A stretch of 64,000 nt of DNA from a virus. Below are positions 24,087 to 34,549 of this stretch, piece by piece. The position numbers and the translations under genes are program-made. The first letter of the stretch is position 1, and each line of letters starts with the position of its first letter. Under the pieces are notes generated by a model. It saw only the letters and a list, made by a program, of their open reading frames with translations, had not been told where the DNA came from and did no database searches. The DNA lies in IMG/VR virus record IMGVR_UViG_3300042939_000511, positions 1 through 64,000 of that record; one strand, 5' to 3'.

Positions 24087-26284
24087 TGTACATCAAGGTT
24101 CCCACATACACTGCTGCTACAGACACATGGTCGCACACTGAGTTTGCGTCCAGGGATGCGTTTGTGGAGTTTTTGTGGAGTATGTTCAAAGAACCAGGTC
24201 AGTACAACTTTGACCAGACCTGTGAGATGTTCAATGAGCAGGCTAGGCTTTTCAACAAGTATAAAGTTTACTGTACAGCGCCCAGTCGCAGCAAAGACTT
24301 TGTTTACTACTGGGACACCCAGAAAGAACGCTGCCGCAACGGGGTGATCATACATGGTCCTAAGAACACCTGGTATCTGACCAGAGATTACTACATGTGG
24401 CTGAACTTTCTGCCTATCTACAACAAAGAGGTGGGCAAGTTTACCTTTGCTGACGTGCGTGATGCGCAGTACCACATGGCCCTTTATGAAGACATTGCCA
24501 AGCATAGCTACAAACATTGCGCGATTCTAAAGAAGCGACAGATTGCCTCTTCTTACTACCACGCTGCCAAGATTATCAATCTGTACTGGTTTGAAGAAGG
24601 TGCTGTCAACAAAATGGCTGGTTCTCTAAAAGACTACATCAACGAGAAAGGCACCTGGAGGTTTTTGGAAGAGTACCGCAACTTCTTGAACAGCCACACT
24701 GGCTGGTATCGTCCCTCTAACCCTGACAAAGTACTCAACTGGGAACAGAAAATTGAGGTGAACCAAGGTGGCAAGAAGCGTGACGTGGGCTTAAAGTCTG
24801 TTGTCTTTGGTCTTGCCCTGGAGAAAGACCCTACCAATGGTGTCGGTGGTCCCTGTACTTTTTTCTTTCATGAGGAAGCAGGTATTGCCCCACGCATGAA
24901 TGAGACCATAGAGTACCTGCTACCTGCCATGAAATCAGGCATGATCTACACAGGGATGTTTGTGGCTGCAGGTTCTGTGGGTGACCTGGAGCAGTGTGAA
25001 CCACTGAAGGAACTGATCTTAAACCCAGACTCTAAAGACGTACTGGCGGTAGAGACCAACCTGGTTAATGAAGCCGGTGAGATCGCCAAGTGTGGGTTGT
25101 TTATCCCTGAGCAGTGGAGTATGCAGCCCTGCATTGATGAGTATGGAAACTCCCAGGTAGAAAAAGCCCTGGAGATGATTCTTGCAGAAAGACTTGAGTG
25201 GAAAAAGAAACTTAAGCCTGATGACTATCAGCTCAGGATCTCTCAGAAACCTATTAATATTGAAGAAGCGTTTGCTTACCGCAAAGTCTCCAAGTTTCCG
25301 CTAGCACTGGTCAGTCGCCAGGTACGCAGGATTGAGGATGGCGAATATCATAGGGAATTTGTAGAACTGTACAGAGATGATGCTGGCAAGGTTACAGCAC
25401 GTGACTCACGCAAGCTGCCTATCTCAGAGTTTCCAGTATCTCCTAAAACCCAGGACAAAGAAGGTGTGGTGGTCTTGTATGAGCGTCCTGTAAAGGATCC
25501 TCAGTTTGGTATGTACTACGCGTCTATTGACCCTGTCAGCGAAGGAAAGACTACGACTTCTGAGTCGCTCTGCTCCATATTTGTCTACAAGACCGCGCAG
25601 GAGATTACTAAGCACAAGATGGACGGCTCTATTGAGCAGCACATTGAGCGCGACGGCATTGTAGCGTCATGGTGCGGCAGGTTTGATGACCTTACCAAGA
25701 CCCATGAGCGCCTGGAAATGCTTATTGAATACTACAACGCATGGACCATTGTGGAAAACAACGTTAGCTTGTTTATCCAGTACATGATCTCCAGGCGTAA
25801 ACAACGCTATCTGGTTCCTAAAAATCAGATCCTATTTTTAAAAGAACTGCAAAGCAACACCAACGTCTTCCAGGAGTATGGCTGGCGCAACGTAGGAACA
25901 ATCTTTAAAACCAACCTGATCTCCTACGCAATCCAGTTCCTGGAAGAGCAGTTGGATGTGGAGACCAAGCCCAATGGAGAGATTGTCAAGACAACCTATG
26001 GTATTGAGCGCATCCCTGACATTATGCTGCTAAAAGAGATGGCAGCGTATCGCGATGGACTAAACGTGGACAGACTGGTGGCTTTCTGTGCGCTGGTGGC
26101 TTTTGCAAAGGTACAGGAATCTAACAGAGGATACTCTAAGCGTGTAGAACGTGAGGATTCTAATTTGGATAACTCTAAAAAACATGCTAAATTAAGAGTG
26201 ACCCCTTTCCGTCATATGGGAAACGTTCACAACTCCTCTACTATGGTTAAGGTTCCCAGAAGCCCTTTTAAAAACATGAGGTGA
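24086..26284 (+). CDS. terL: terminase large subunit (TerL)
   Basis: C-terminal RNaseH-like nuclease motif I VVVLYERP..YYASIDPVSEGKTTTSESLCSIFVY. N-terminal ATPase region with a T4-gp17-like but deviant Walker A (ILKKRQIASS) and Walker B (CTFFFHEEAG). Position is directly upstream of the portal/scaffold/capsid genes. Confidence 0.7.
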   Translation: MYIKVPTYTAATDTWSHTEFASRDAFVEFLWSMFKEPGQYNFDQTCEMFNEQARLFNKYKVYCTAPSRSKDFVYYWDTQKERCRNGVIIHGPKNTWYLTRDYYMWLNFLPIYNKEVGKFTFADVRDAQYHMALYEDIAKHSYKHCAILKKRQIASSYYHAAKIINLYWFEEGAVNKMAGSLKDYINEKGTWRFLEEYRNFLNSHTGWYRPSNPDKVLNWEQKIEVNQGGKKRDVGLKSVVFGLALEKDPTNGVGGPCTFFFHEEAGIAPRMNETIEYLLPAMKSGMIYTGMFVAAGSVGDLEQCEPLKELILNPDSKDVLAVETNLVNEAGEIAKCGLFIPEQWSMQPCIDEYGNSQVEKALEMILAERLEWKKKLKPDDYQLRISQKPINIEEAFAYRKVSKFPLALVSRQVRRIEDGEYHREFVELYRDDAGKVTARDSRKLPISEFPVSPKTQDKEGVVVLYERPVKDPQFGMYYASIDPVSEGKTTTSESLCSIFVYKTAQEITKHKMDGSIEQHIERDGIVASWCGRFDDLTKTHERLEMLIEYYNAWTIVENNVSLFIQYMISRRKQRYLVPKNQILFLKELQSNTNVFQEYGWRNVGTIFKTNLISYAIQFLEEQLDVETKPNGEIVKTTYGIERIPDIMLLKEMAAYRDGLNVDRLVAFCALVAFAKVQESNRGYSKRVEREDSNLDNSKKHAKLRVTPFRHMGNVHNSSTMVKVPRSPFKNMR

Positions 26285-26304
26285 GGACTTAACTGAAAAT
26301 AATT

Positions 26305-29034
26305 ATGCCTAAAGTATACAACGCACTACAGCTCAAGAATGGAGCTAAGGTAGACCATAACAGAATGGGCACCTTGACCCAACCTGTGCAGTTTTTGAAC
26401 AGAAAAGACAAAGACGAAGCATGGGGCGCGTGGAACATGGACTGGTTGGAAATGCAAGGTCTTAAGCAGATTCGCAGAAACGCCCGCAGGTTGTTAAAAA
26501 ACTACAAGCTGGCTAATGGTATCATTGACAAGACAGACTACATTGTAGAAGAAGACAATGAAGTAGCAGATTTGATTGACGTGTTGACCAAACAAGATGA
26601 GTCAGCTTTTGAACTAAAGTTTTTTCCCATTATTCCCAACGTTATCAACGTAATGTGTGGGGAGTTTGCTAAGCGCAATGACAAGATTACCTATAGAGCA
26701 GTAGATGATCTGTCTTATAATGAAATGATGGAAGCTAAGCGAATGATGGTGGAGGAAGTTCTGGTGCGCCAGGCGGAGGTCAAGATGCAACAGACCATTG
26801 AGGCTATGGGTCTGAACATGGAAGATGAAGAGCAGGCTGCTCAGGCACAGCAAATGATGTCGCCAGAAAGCCTCAAGTCTCTGCCAGAAATTGAGGAGTT
26901 CTTCAAGAAAGATTACCGTTCCATGGTAGAAGAATGGGCTACACACCAACATGAGGTGGACGAAGAGCGTTTTACCATGAAAGAATTAGAGAACCTCGCT
27001 TTTAAAGACATGCTCATTGCTGATCGCGAGTTCTGGCATTTCAAGATGAATGAAGATGATTACGAGGTAGAGCTTTGGAACCCAGTGCTTACTTTTTACC
27101 ATAAGTCTCCTGAGGCTAGGTACATATCACAGTCAAACTGGGTAGGCCGTGTAGATTTAATGACTATTGCTGATGTCATTGACAAGTATGGTTACATGAT
27201 GACAGACGAGGAGCTTGCCTCTTTAGAGGCGATCTACCCAGTGCATTCAGCAGGTTACCTTATCCCAGGACTGCAAAATGATGGTTCTTTTTATGATGCT
27301 ACGCGTTCTCATGAGTGGAATACACAAGGTCCATCTTTAGGAATGCGGCAGTTTTTAAGTGCGCGTGATGCATTTATGAACACTGGCGATGATATCATCA
27401 TGAAAATTGTAAATGAGTCTGAAAGTGTTCAAGATTTTCAAGACATCAGTCTTCTGAGAGTTACGACTTGCTACTGGAAAAGCCAGCGTATGGTGGGTCA
27501 TCTTTCTAAAGTAGACGAGAATGGTGAGCTTACTGATATGATTGTTAATGAGAACTACAAGATTACCACTAAACCCCTGTATGACACTTCAGTACTTAAG
27601 AAAAAAAGTCGTGAGAACCTTGTTTTTGGTGAACATATTGATTGGATATGGATCAATGAAGTTTGGGGAGGTGTTAAGGTTGGTCCCAACAGACCTGCAT
27701 TCTTTGGCAATAATGACACTTTTGGATTTCAGCCACTGTATCTAAACGTAAAACCCTTGCGCTTTCAGTTTAAGGGTGACTTTACATTGTATGGCTGCAA
27801 GCTGCCGGTGGAAGGTGCTGTGTTTACAGAACGCAACACCAAGTCTATGTCATTGGTAGATAAGATGAAACCCTACCAGATTGGATACAACCTGGTTAAT
27901 AACCAGATTGCTGACATTCTGATTGACGAGCTTGGCACAGTAATTATGCTGGATCAGAACGCTCTGCCACGTCACTCCATGGGAGAGGATTGGGGCAAAA
28001 ACAACTACGCTAAGGCGTATGTGGCCATGAAGAACTTTCAGATGTTGCCGCTAGACACATCTATCACCAACACAGAAAACGCACTGAACTTTCAGCACTA
28101 CCAGGTTCTTAACCTTGAGCAGACGCAGCGCCTTATGTCAAGGGTACAACTGGCCAGCTACTTTAAGAACCAGTGCTTTGAGTCTATAGGTATTTCACAG
28201 CAGCGTCTGGGTGCAGTAAACGCACAGGAAACTGCCCAGGGTATTGAGCAGGCTATCAACATGAGTTACTCACAGACAGAGGTGTATTTTACGCAGCACT
28301 CTGAATACCTGATGCCGCGCGTACATCAGATGCGCACAGATCTTTCACAGTACTATCACTCTAATCGTCCTTCACTGCGTTTGCAGTATGTGACATCTAT
28401 GGATGAAAAGGTAAACTTTCAGATGAATGGCACAGAATTACTGGCCCGCGAGCTGAATATCTTTATCTCTACCAAGGTCAACCAGCGCCAGGTTATCGAA
28501 CAGATCAGAAGTCTTGCCATCAACAACAACACTTCTGGCGCTTCTATCTATGATTTGGGTAACATTGTCAAGGCTGACTCCATGGCTGAGATTACTCATG
28601 TCATGAAAGGTATTGAAGAGAAAACTACCAGGGCCAAGATGCAGGAAACAGAAGCCTTGCAGCAAACAGAACAGATGCGTCAACAAGCTGAAACAGAGCG
28701 TCTTGAAGCTAAGTTACGTTTTGAAGCTGAGCAAAACGCCCTGGATCGTGAGACTCAAGAGCGCGTTGCAGAAATCAGAGCTGCAGGTTACACTGCCATG
28801 AACGATCGCGACATGAACCAGCAGAACGACTACATTGACACTTTGGAATATCTTGACAAGAAAAACGCAAAAGAAACTGATCAGGCCATTGCCAGAGATC
28901 GCGAGTTAAATCGCACTGTTACAGAACAGAAAAAACTAGAGCTTAAGCGTCAAGAATTACTCTCTAAAGAGCGCATTGCTGAGAAAGAATTGCAAGTTGC
29001 GCGTACTAATAAAAACAAATATGACAAAAAGTAA
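26305..29034 (+). CDS. portal protein (candidate)
   Basis: 909 aa, placed between TerL and the scaffold/MCP genes, with a C-terminal coiled coil. The call is by synteny only. Confidence 0.5.
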   Translation: MPKVYNALQLKNGAKVDHNRMGTLTQPVQFLNRKDKDEAWGAWNMDWLEMQGLKQIRRNARRLLKNYKLANGIIDKTDYIVEEDNEVADLIDVLTKQDESAFELKFFPIIPNVINVMCGEFAKRNDKITYRAVDDLSYNEMMEAKRMMVEEVLVRQAEVKMQQTIEAMGLNMEDEEQAAQAQQMMSPESLKSLPEIEEFFKKDYRSMVEEWATHQHEVDEERFTMKELENLAFKDMLIADREFWHFKMNEDDYEVELWNPVLTFYHKSPEARYISQSNWVGRVDLMTIADVIDKYGYMMTDEELASLEAIYPVHSAGYLIPGLQNDGSFYDATRSHEWNTQGPSLGMRQFLSARDAFMNTGDDIIMKIVNESESVQDFQDISLLRVTTCYWKSQRMVGHLSKVDENGELTDMIVNENYKITTKPLYDTSVLKKKSRENLVFGEHIDWIWINEVWGGVKVGPNRPAFFGNNDTFGFQPLYLNVKPLRFQFKGDFTLYGCKLPVEGAVFTERNTKSMSLVDKMKPYQIGYNLVNNQIADILIDELGTVIMLDQNALPRHSMGEDWGKNNYAKAYVAMKNFQMLPLDTSITNTENALNFQHYQVLNLEQTQRLMSRVQLASYFKNQCFESIGISQQRLGAVNAQETAQGIEQAINMSYSQTEVYFTQHSEYLMPRVHQMRTDLSQYYHSNRPSLRLQYVTSMDEKVNFQMNGTELLARELNIFISTKVNQRQVIEQIRSLAINNNTSGASIYDLGNIVKADSMAEITHVMKGIEEKTTRAKMQETEALQQTEQMRQQAETERLEAKLRFEAEQNALDRETQERVAEIRAAGYTAMNDRDMNQQNDYIDTLEYLDKKNAKETDQAIARDRELNRTVTEQKKLELKRQELLSKERIAEKELQVARTNKNKYDKK

Positions 29035-29082
29035 AAGTACTATAGCGATATAGTGCAAAATATTTTATGTCATACATCTGCC

Positions 29083-29100
29083 AGATGTAAATCTTAGAGG
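29083..29100 (+). promoter_or_regulatory. late-gene motif GTAAATCTTAGAGGTTTA
   Basis: Member of the GTAAATTCTAATGTAGAGG family. 54 nt upstream of the scaffold ATG. Confidence 0.35.
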
Positions 29101-29153
29101 TTTATTTGGTAGATTATATATGAAGAAGAAAAACAACCAACTTAAACCTACTT

Positions 29154-30404
29154 ATGGATAGTAACAACCAACAAACATCTGTATCCAGCGTAAGTCTTGA
29201 CAGTATTGATGATTTTTTACCAATGCCAGGAGCTGAAAGCGTTGTAACCGCAGATGATGATCAAAGCTCAAAACCAGGATTCTTTTCTAAGGAAGGTTCT
29301 CCAGATCTAGGGTTTCTTGATGAAAACCAAAATGATGGCGATGATCCTGATGGCAAAGAAAAAACTCCAAATGCTGCAACAACTCAGGCAGCTATTGCTG
29401 AGTTAGACGCAGATTTAGAAGATGATGACGAGGATTCTGCCTCAAAACAGAAACCTGGTCGCAAGAAGATTGACAAAAGTGGACTGGTAGAAACATTCTC
29501 CAAACTTTTTGAAGAAGGCATACTAGTTCCTTTTGAAGATGAAAAACCACTGGAGGAATACTCAGTAAAGGATTGGAAAGAGTTGATCTCTGCCAACCTG
29601 GAAGAAAGAGAGAGATCTCTGAGAGAACAAACTCCAAAAGAGTTCTTTGAATCGTTACCTCAAGAGTTGCAGTATGCTGCAGAATATGTAGCAAAGGGCG
29701 GCACTGACATCAAGGGGTTATTTAGGGCACTTGCTCAGACTGAGGAAGTGCGTGAACTTAACCCTGCGACACCTGAGCACCAGGAGGTTATTGTAAGACA
29801 GTACTTACAAGCCACTGGATTTGGCAATGGTGACGCGGAATTGATGGAAGAACAAGTCCAAGAGTGGTTGGAATCAGGGATCATTGCAAAAAAAGCACAG
29901 CAGTTCAAGCCAAAACTTGATGCCATGCAAGAAGAAGTGATCCAATCCAAGCTTCAGCAACAAGAGCAGTTCCGTCAGGAGCAGCAGCGTAAAAAGGAAG
30001 AGTACATGGAAAACATCTACAACACCTTAAAACCTGCTGAAGTTAACGGTATCAAGCTGGACGCCAAGCGTCAGAAGTTCCTCTGGGAGGAGCTGACAAC
30101 AGCCAAGTACCAAAGCATGACTGGACGCCCTACAAACCTGTTGGGCAAGCTCTTAGAAGACCACCAATTTGGAAAAACCCCCCGCTATGACCTTATTGCT
30201 GAAACTCTTTGGTTGCTATCTGATCCTGATGATTACAAGGAAAATATCAGAAAGCAAGCTAAAAACGAGGTGACACAGGACACTGTCAGAAAACTAAAAA
30301 CTGAAGAAGCACGCAAAATCGCGTCCAACGTCAGAGAAGAGGAAGAAGACAAAGCACCTGTGAGAAAGATTCCACGACCTGCTGCAAACATTTTTAAACG
30401 ATAA
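29154..30404 (+). CDS. scaffolding protein (candidate)
   Basis: 416 aa, highly acidic (DDDQSS.., LEDDDEDSASK), coiled-coil rich, immediately upstream of the MCP. Confidence 0.5.
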   Translation: MDSNNQQTSVSSVSLDSIDDFLPMPGAESVVTADDDQSSKPGFFSKEGSPDLGFLDENQNDGDDPDGKEKTPNAATTQAAIAELDADLEDDDEDSASKQKPGRKKIDKSGLVETFSKLFEEGILVPFEDEKPLEEYSVKDWKELISANLEERERSLREQTPKEFFESLPQELQYAAEYVAKGGTDIKGLFRALAQTEEVRELNPATPEHQEVIVRQYLQATGFGNGDAELMEEQVQEWLESGIIAKKAQQFKPKLDAMQEEVIQSKLQQQEQFRQEQQRKKEEYMENIYNTLKPAEVNGIKLDAKRQKFLWEELTTAKYQSMTGRPTNLLGKLLEDHQFGKTPRYDLIAETLWLLSDPDDYKENIRKQAKNEVTQDTVRKLKTEEARKIASNVREEEEDKAPVRKIPRPAANIFKR

Positions 30405-30451
30405 CCCGCATACACTAACCCTTTAAATTCACTTTTTAACAACAAAATCCT

Positions 30452-32095
30452 ATGAGCACACCAGTTTTAAACAACGGTCTCTTCCTGCGCGACACTAACT
30501 ACAAGGTTAGTTCGCACGTGGACAGCTACCACTTGGTGAACATGCTAAAGAGCGCAGAACCCATGGACTTGGGTCCTGTTGATCTTTGGGCTATGACCCA
30601 AAAGGTAGAAATGCCTCTTTACCAGATGGCATCTTTCGGTGGCAAGAACACCATCACTGTAGACAACCCTCGTGGTGAATACAAGTGGCAAACCCCAATT
30701 GTTCAGGACCTTCCCTACATTGTAGAGGACGTAGAGCCTAGCTTAACATCTCTTGGTCAAGATGGTACAACCTTCAAGATCAAATTGAATAAGCGCAGCT
30801 TTGGTCATGGTGACATCATCACCTATGACAAGTACAAAGGTGCTGAACTTTACATTACAGCTGAGGACATTCTTCCTTCTGGCGATGGCTTCGTATACAC
30901 TGTTCAGTTGGTGAACAACGACAATCAGAAGACTTTGAGCAAAGTGTACCTTAAGCCTGGCACCAAATTCTTCCGCAAAGGTTCTGCCCGCGGGGAGTAT
31001 GGTGAGCGTTTCTCTGACATCGGAGAACTGAGTGCTGGCTTCCGCGAGTTCTACAACTTTGTAGGTGGTGCAGAAGCTCACGTTCACTACTCTGTTTCTA
31101 GCCGTGCAGAGCTTATGATGAAAGGTGGCATGAACGCTGATGGTACTGTACCTGTTACAGAGATCTGGCGCTCATTTGACGCCAACATTGCCAAAGATCC
31201 TTCTTTGACCAACATTGACGCCATGGTGTCTAAGATGGGCAAAGAATACATCAAAAAGGCTTACGACTCTGGAACTTTGACTCGTTCTTTTGTCACCAAG
31301 ATGGAGGCTGCTCACTTGACCAAGATTGCTAATGACATTGAAACCTACCTCATGTGGGGACAAGGTGGACGCATTAAGCAAGATGGTCCAGACGACATTC
31401 GCCTGTCTGTAGGTTTGTGGAGCCAGCTTGACAACTCTTTCAAGCGTATCTACAACAAGAGCTCTTTCAACCTTGAGTTGTTCCGCTCTGAGATCTTCAA
31501 CTTCTACAATGGTAAAGTTGAGTTCAAAGGCCCAGATCCTCAGCGTCAGATCATTGTTCAAACTGGTATGGCCGGTATGAAGATGGTCAATGAAGCTATC
31601 AAGAAAGAAGCCTTCAACACTGTAGGTGCTGGTCTGGTTGCCAACATTGACAAGTCTGGTTTGAACGCTATCAGCGGTAGCAACGCCATGGACCTGAACT
31701 TTGGTTTTGCTTTCACCAGCTATACTATTCCTTTCTTGGCAAACGTAAAGTTCGTGTTGAACCCAGCGTTTGACAACGTACATACCAACGACATTGAGAA
31801 CCCCATCATTGATGGCTTCCCATTGTCTTCTTACAACTTCATCGTGTTTGACATCACTGACAACACCAACGACAACATCTTCTTGCTGAAGTTGAAGTGG
31901 GACAGTGAGCTCAAATGGTTCTATCAAAACGGTACCATGGATTACATGGGTCGTACTCAAGGGTTCGCTTCTTCTGGAAACTTTAATGGATACCGCGTAT
32001 TCATGACCCAGACTATGCCTTCCATCTGGGTGAAAGACCCTACTAAGGTTCTTAAGATTGTGATGAGGAACCCCATCACTGGCGGCTCGTTCTAA
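30452..32095 (+). CDS. major capsid protein (candidate)
   Basis: 547 aa. Strongly biased, highly-expressed-type codon usage. Follows the scaffold and is followed by a GC hairpin. Confidence 0.55.
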   Translation: MSTPVLNNGLFLRDTNYKVSSHVDSYHLVNMLKSAEPMDLGPVDLWAMTQKVEMPLYQMASFGGKNTITVDNPRGEYKWQTPIVQDLPYIVEDVEPSLTSLGQDGTTFKIKLNKRSFGHGDIITYDKYKGAELYITAEDILPSGDGFVYTVQLVNNDNQKTLSKVYLKPGTKFFRKGSARGEYGERFSDIGELSAGFREFYNFVGGAEAHVHYSVSSRAELMMKGGMNADGTVPVTEIWRSFDANIAKDPSLTNIDAMVSKMGKEYIKKAYDSGTLTRSFVTKMEAAHLTKIANDIETYLMWGQGGRIKQDGPDDIRLSVGLWSQLDNSFKRIYNKSSFNLELFRSEIFNFYNGKVEFKGPDPQRQIIVQTGMAGMKMVNEAIKKEAFNTVGAGLVANIDKSGLNAISGSNAMDLNFGFAFTSYTIPFLANVKFVLNPAFDNVHTNDIENPIIDGFPLSSYNFIVFDITDNTNDNIFLLKLKWDSELKWFYQNGTMDYMGRTQGFASSGNFNGYRVFMTQTMPSIWVKDPTKVLKIVMRNPITGGSF

Positions 32096-32121
32096 AACGA
32101 CTGCTGAAGGCGCTGTGCAAA

Positions 32122-32144
32122 CCAGGGGGTGAGATTCCCCCTGG
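32122..32144 (+). terminator. GC-rich hairpin CCAGGGGG-TGAGATT-CCCCCTGG after capsid gene
   Basis: 8-bp perfect stem. No clear U-tract, so it may be an attenuator or an RNA-stability element. Confidence 0.4.
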
Positions 32145-32323
32145 TCACTGCATAAAATAGATGCACATTCCACCTCCCTTGTGCCCCTCTGTAGGTAGCA
32201 CCTGCAGACCCACCTGGTGTAAAAGCCAGGTGTCCTCCTGAGAGCTGACAACCTTGACGTGGTTCAGGAGCTTTTAACCAATAGCCAGCAGAACAGAAAC
32301 CAAAAACCAACCTTTAAAAACCT

Positions 32324-33340
32324 ATGGAAGTATCAATGATTGAAAAGCATCAAGCTTTTAAAACCAACAGTACGATTGCTGTTAGACCGTTTGTTGACAA
32401 TGCAAACGCCAACATGGGCCTTGAAAAGTATCAAATGGTGCTTTTTGAAGGTGTGTTCCACGAGGAACAATTAGCATGTTTGGAGTACAATGGCATCAAA
32501 CGCTATGTCACAGGACTTAATGAGTTTGCTCCTGAAATAAAGCAGATGAATGAAGACGAGCGTGAAGCTGCCATCAAGCAGATTCGTATGACAGTATCAC
32601 AGCTTGAAAAAGAACTTGCAGCAAACATCATTGACCCTGACGACAAGGATTTTTGGAACAAAGTAAGATTGCTACGTCCAGACAATGATGAGTTTTGGGG
32701 TAAGATTGTGATGCGTTTTGGCAATGAGCCAATCTTTTTAGACGCTTCTTCAGATCCTTATGACTTGATTAAACTCAGAGCAATTGAAGCAGGAGGTTTC
32801 TCTATTGTTGCAAAAAGTCTTGAAGAAGCGCGTTCTTCTGCCATTCCTTTCAAGTTTTATCTTGATCGTTATGAAGAGACAGCTTCTATTCGTACAGAAG
32901 TTAAAAAGATGCGTAACAAGGCTTTGGCAGAACTTCAAAAGCTATTTGACAAAAACGCTAACAAGTTGCTTTATGTATGCAAGGTTGTGGATCCTAATTC
33001 CACACAATACAAAAAGTCTACTCCACTTGATATTCTCTATGACAACATGGATAAATATATCAACGGAGAAACAGTTGACAAAGACAAGCGTAAAACAGCA
33101 CAGCGCTTTTTAGAAGTTGTTTCTTTGGATATGGAAACGCTCAAACTGCGTTCTATGGTGAAAGACGCAAATTTCTATAAGATCATTGCTACGCGTGGTG
33201 ATGGCTTCATATACCACATGAAGAGCGGTTCTATGCTAGGCAAAAACGCTTCTGATGTGGTTGAATATCTGAAAAATCCTCTAAATGAGGAAATTCTTAC
33301 AGATATCACCAAAAATGTTGAAAAACTCTGGAACGCTTAA
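32324..33340 (+). CDS. hypothetical structural protein (head-tail connector region)
   Basis: 338-aa ORF. Confidence 0.45.
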   Translation: MEVSMIEKHQAFKTNSTIAVRPFVDNANANMGLEKYQMVLFEGVFHEEQLACLEYNGIKRYVTGLNEFAPEIKQMNEDEREAAIKQIRMTVSQLEKELAANIIDPDDKDFWNKVRLLRPDNDEFWGKIVMRFGNEPIFLDASSDPYDLIKLRAIEAGGFSIVAKSLEEARSSAIPFKFYLDRYEETASIRTEVKKMRNKALAELQKLFDKNANKLLYVCKVVDPNSTQYKKSTPLDILYDNMDKYINGETVDKDKRKTAQRFLEVVSLDMETLKLRSMVKDANFYKIIATRGDGFIYHMKSGSMLGKNASDVVEYLKNPLNEEILTDITKNVEKLWNA

Positions 33341-33358
33341 TTAGTGCCCTACTGAGAA

Positions 33359-34057
33359 ATGAACAACAATCTATTACAGATAAAGATCAAGCAGCGGCTT
33401 AACAAGCTTGCTTCTCTGGACTATGACAACATTGAGTGTTGGCAGATTGCTGAAGCGTTTAACAAGGCTCAGATAGAGTGGGTGCGACGTCAGTTGCAAG
33501 GTAACAACCTCAGAAAACAAGGTGATGAGTCTACCATCATGCTGATAGATGACTTGCAAACACTTCTGACAGAAGTTCCTATGACTGGTACAAATCAGGA
33601 TTTGCATTTTGAAACAACTACTCTTCCGTCTAATTACTTGCATTTCAAGTCATTAGTAATTGATAGTAGAACAGAGTGTTGTCCTGATGCGATGATGAGT
33701 TGCTATTTGGTAGCGGTTGCAGATGTTAGTTCTTTGCTTTCAGATCCATTTAGAAAACCCAGTGCAGATTGGGGTGAAACTTTTGTAACGATGCAGGGTA
33801 ATCGTTTGAGAATCTATCATAATGATGAGTTTCAAGTGATTAACCCACGTCTTACATTCTACAGGTTTCCTACTCCTGTAAGTTTTCTGAATTGTGTAAA
33901 TCCTGCTACGGGTGCTGTTACTGCAAATGTAGAGTCAGAACTCAAAGATGATATTGTTGAGATGATCATTGACGAAGCAGCTTCTATCTTGGCCGGTGAC
34001 ACAGAACTATTTAACCAGTATCAACGCGCTAAGACAAACGCACAAACAAATAACTAA
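33359..34057 (+). CDS. hypothetical structural protein
   Basis: 232-aa ORF. Confidence 0.45.
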   Translation: MNNNLLQIKIKQRLNKLASLDYDNIECWQIAEAFNKAQIEWVRRQLQGNNLRKQGDESTIMLIDDLQTLLTEVPMTGTNQDLHFETTTLPSNYLHFKSLVIDSRTECCPDAMMSCYLVAVADVSSLLSDPFRKPSADWGETFVTMQGNRLRIYHNDEFQVINPRLTFYRFPTPVSFLNCVNPATGAVTANVESELKDDIVEMIIDEAASILAGDTELFNQYQRAKTNAQTNN

Positions 34058-34500
34058 TGGAAACATCTTTAGCTACTTATAGACTTAAGCGTCCCATGGC
34101 AACGCCTGTTGCTGATAGTTTGGAGGGCAAAACAGCAGCTCTTGTATCAGAATTGATGAACGCTTCTGTATCTACCCACAAACTTCATCTGAAGATAACA
34201 GGGCCTGGTTCATATGCTGCCCATACTGCACTGGCTTCTTTTTATGAAGGACTTCCAGGTATGGTTGACAGTATTGCTGAAGGTTTTCAGGGCGCACGTG
34301 AAATGCTTCTTGATTGTTCTTCAGAAAAATCACCAAGGTCTTTGTATTCTGTAGAAGATTGTGTAAATTATATGAGAGAGCTCTATACAATGGTCAATGA
34401 GTTACAGACAGTAATGCCTTACTCAGAGATTGTAAATGATCTTGATCTAATCAAGAGTCTGGTCAATTCAACCAAGTATAAACTCTTGTTCTTACAATAA
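34057..34500 (+). CDS. hypothetical structural protein
   Basis: 147-aa ORF. Its ATG overlaps the upstream stop. Confidence 0.45.
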   Translation: METSLATYRLKRPMATPVADSLEGKTAALVSELMNASVSTHKLHLKITGPGSYAAHTALASFYEGLPGMVDSIAEGFQGAREMLLDCSSEKSPRSLYSVEDCVNYMRELYTMVNELQTVMPYSEIVNDLDLIKSLVNSTKYKLLFLQ

Positions 34501-34549
34501 ACAACCCTTTAACCCTTTTTTTTCTTTTAACCCCTAATCTTTTAACAAA

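Noticed and set aside
32122-32144. Calling the post-capsid GC hairpin a confident Rho-independent terminator.
   Set aside because: No U-tract follows. It is kept as a low-confidence feature only. It could be an RNA-stability or attenuation element.
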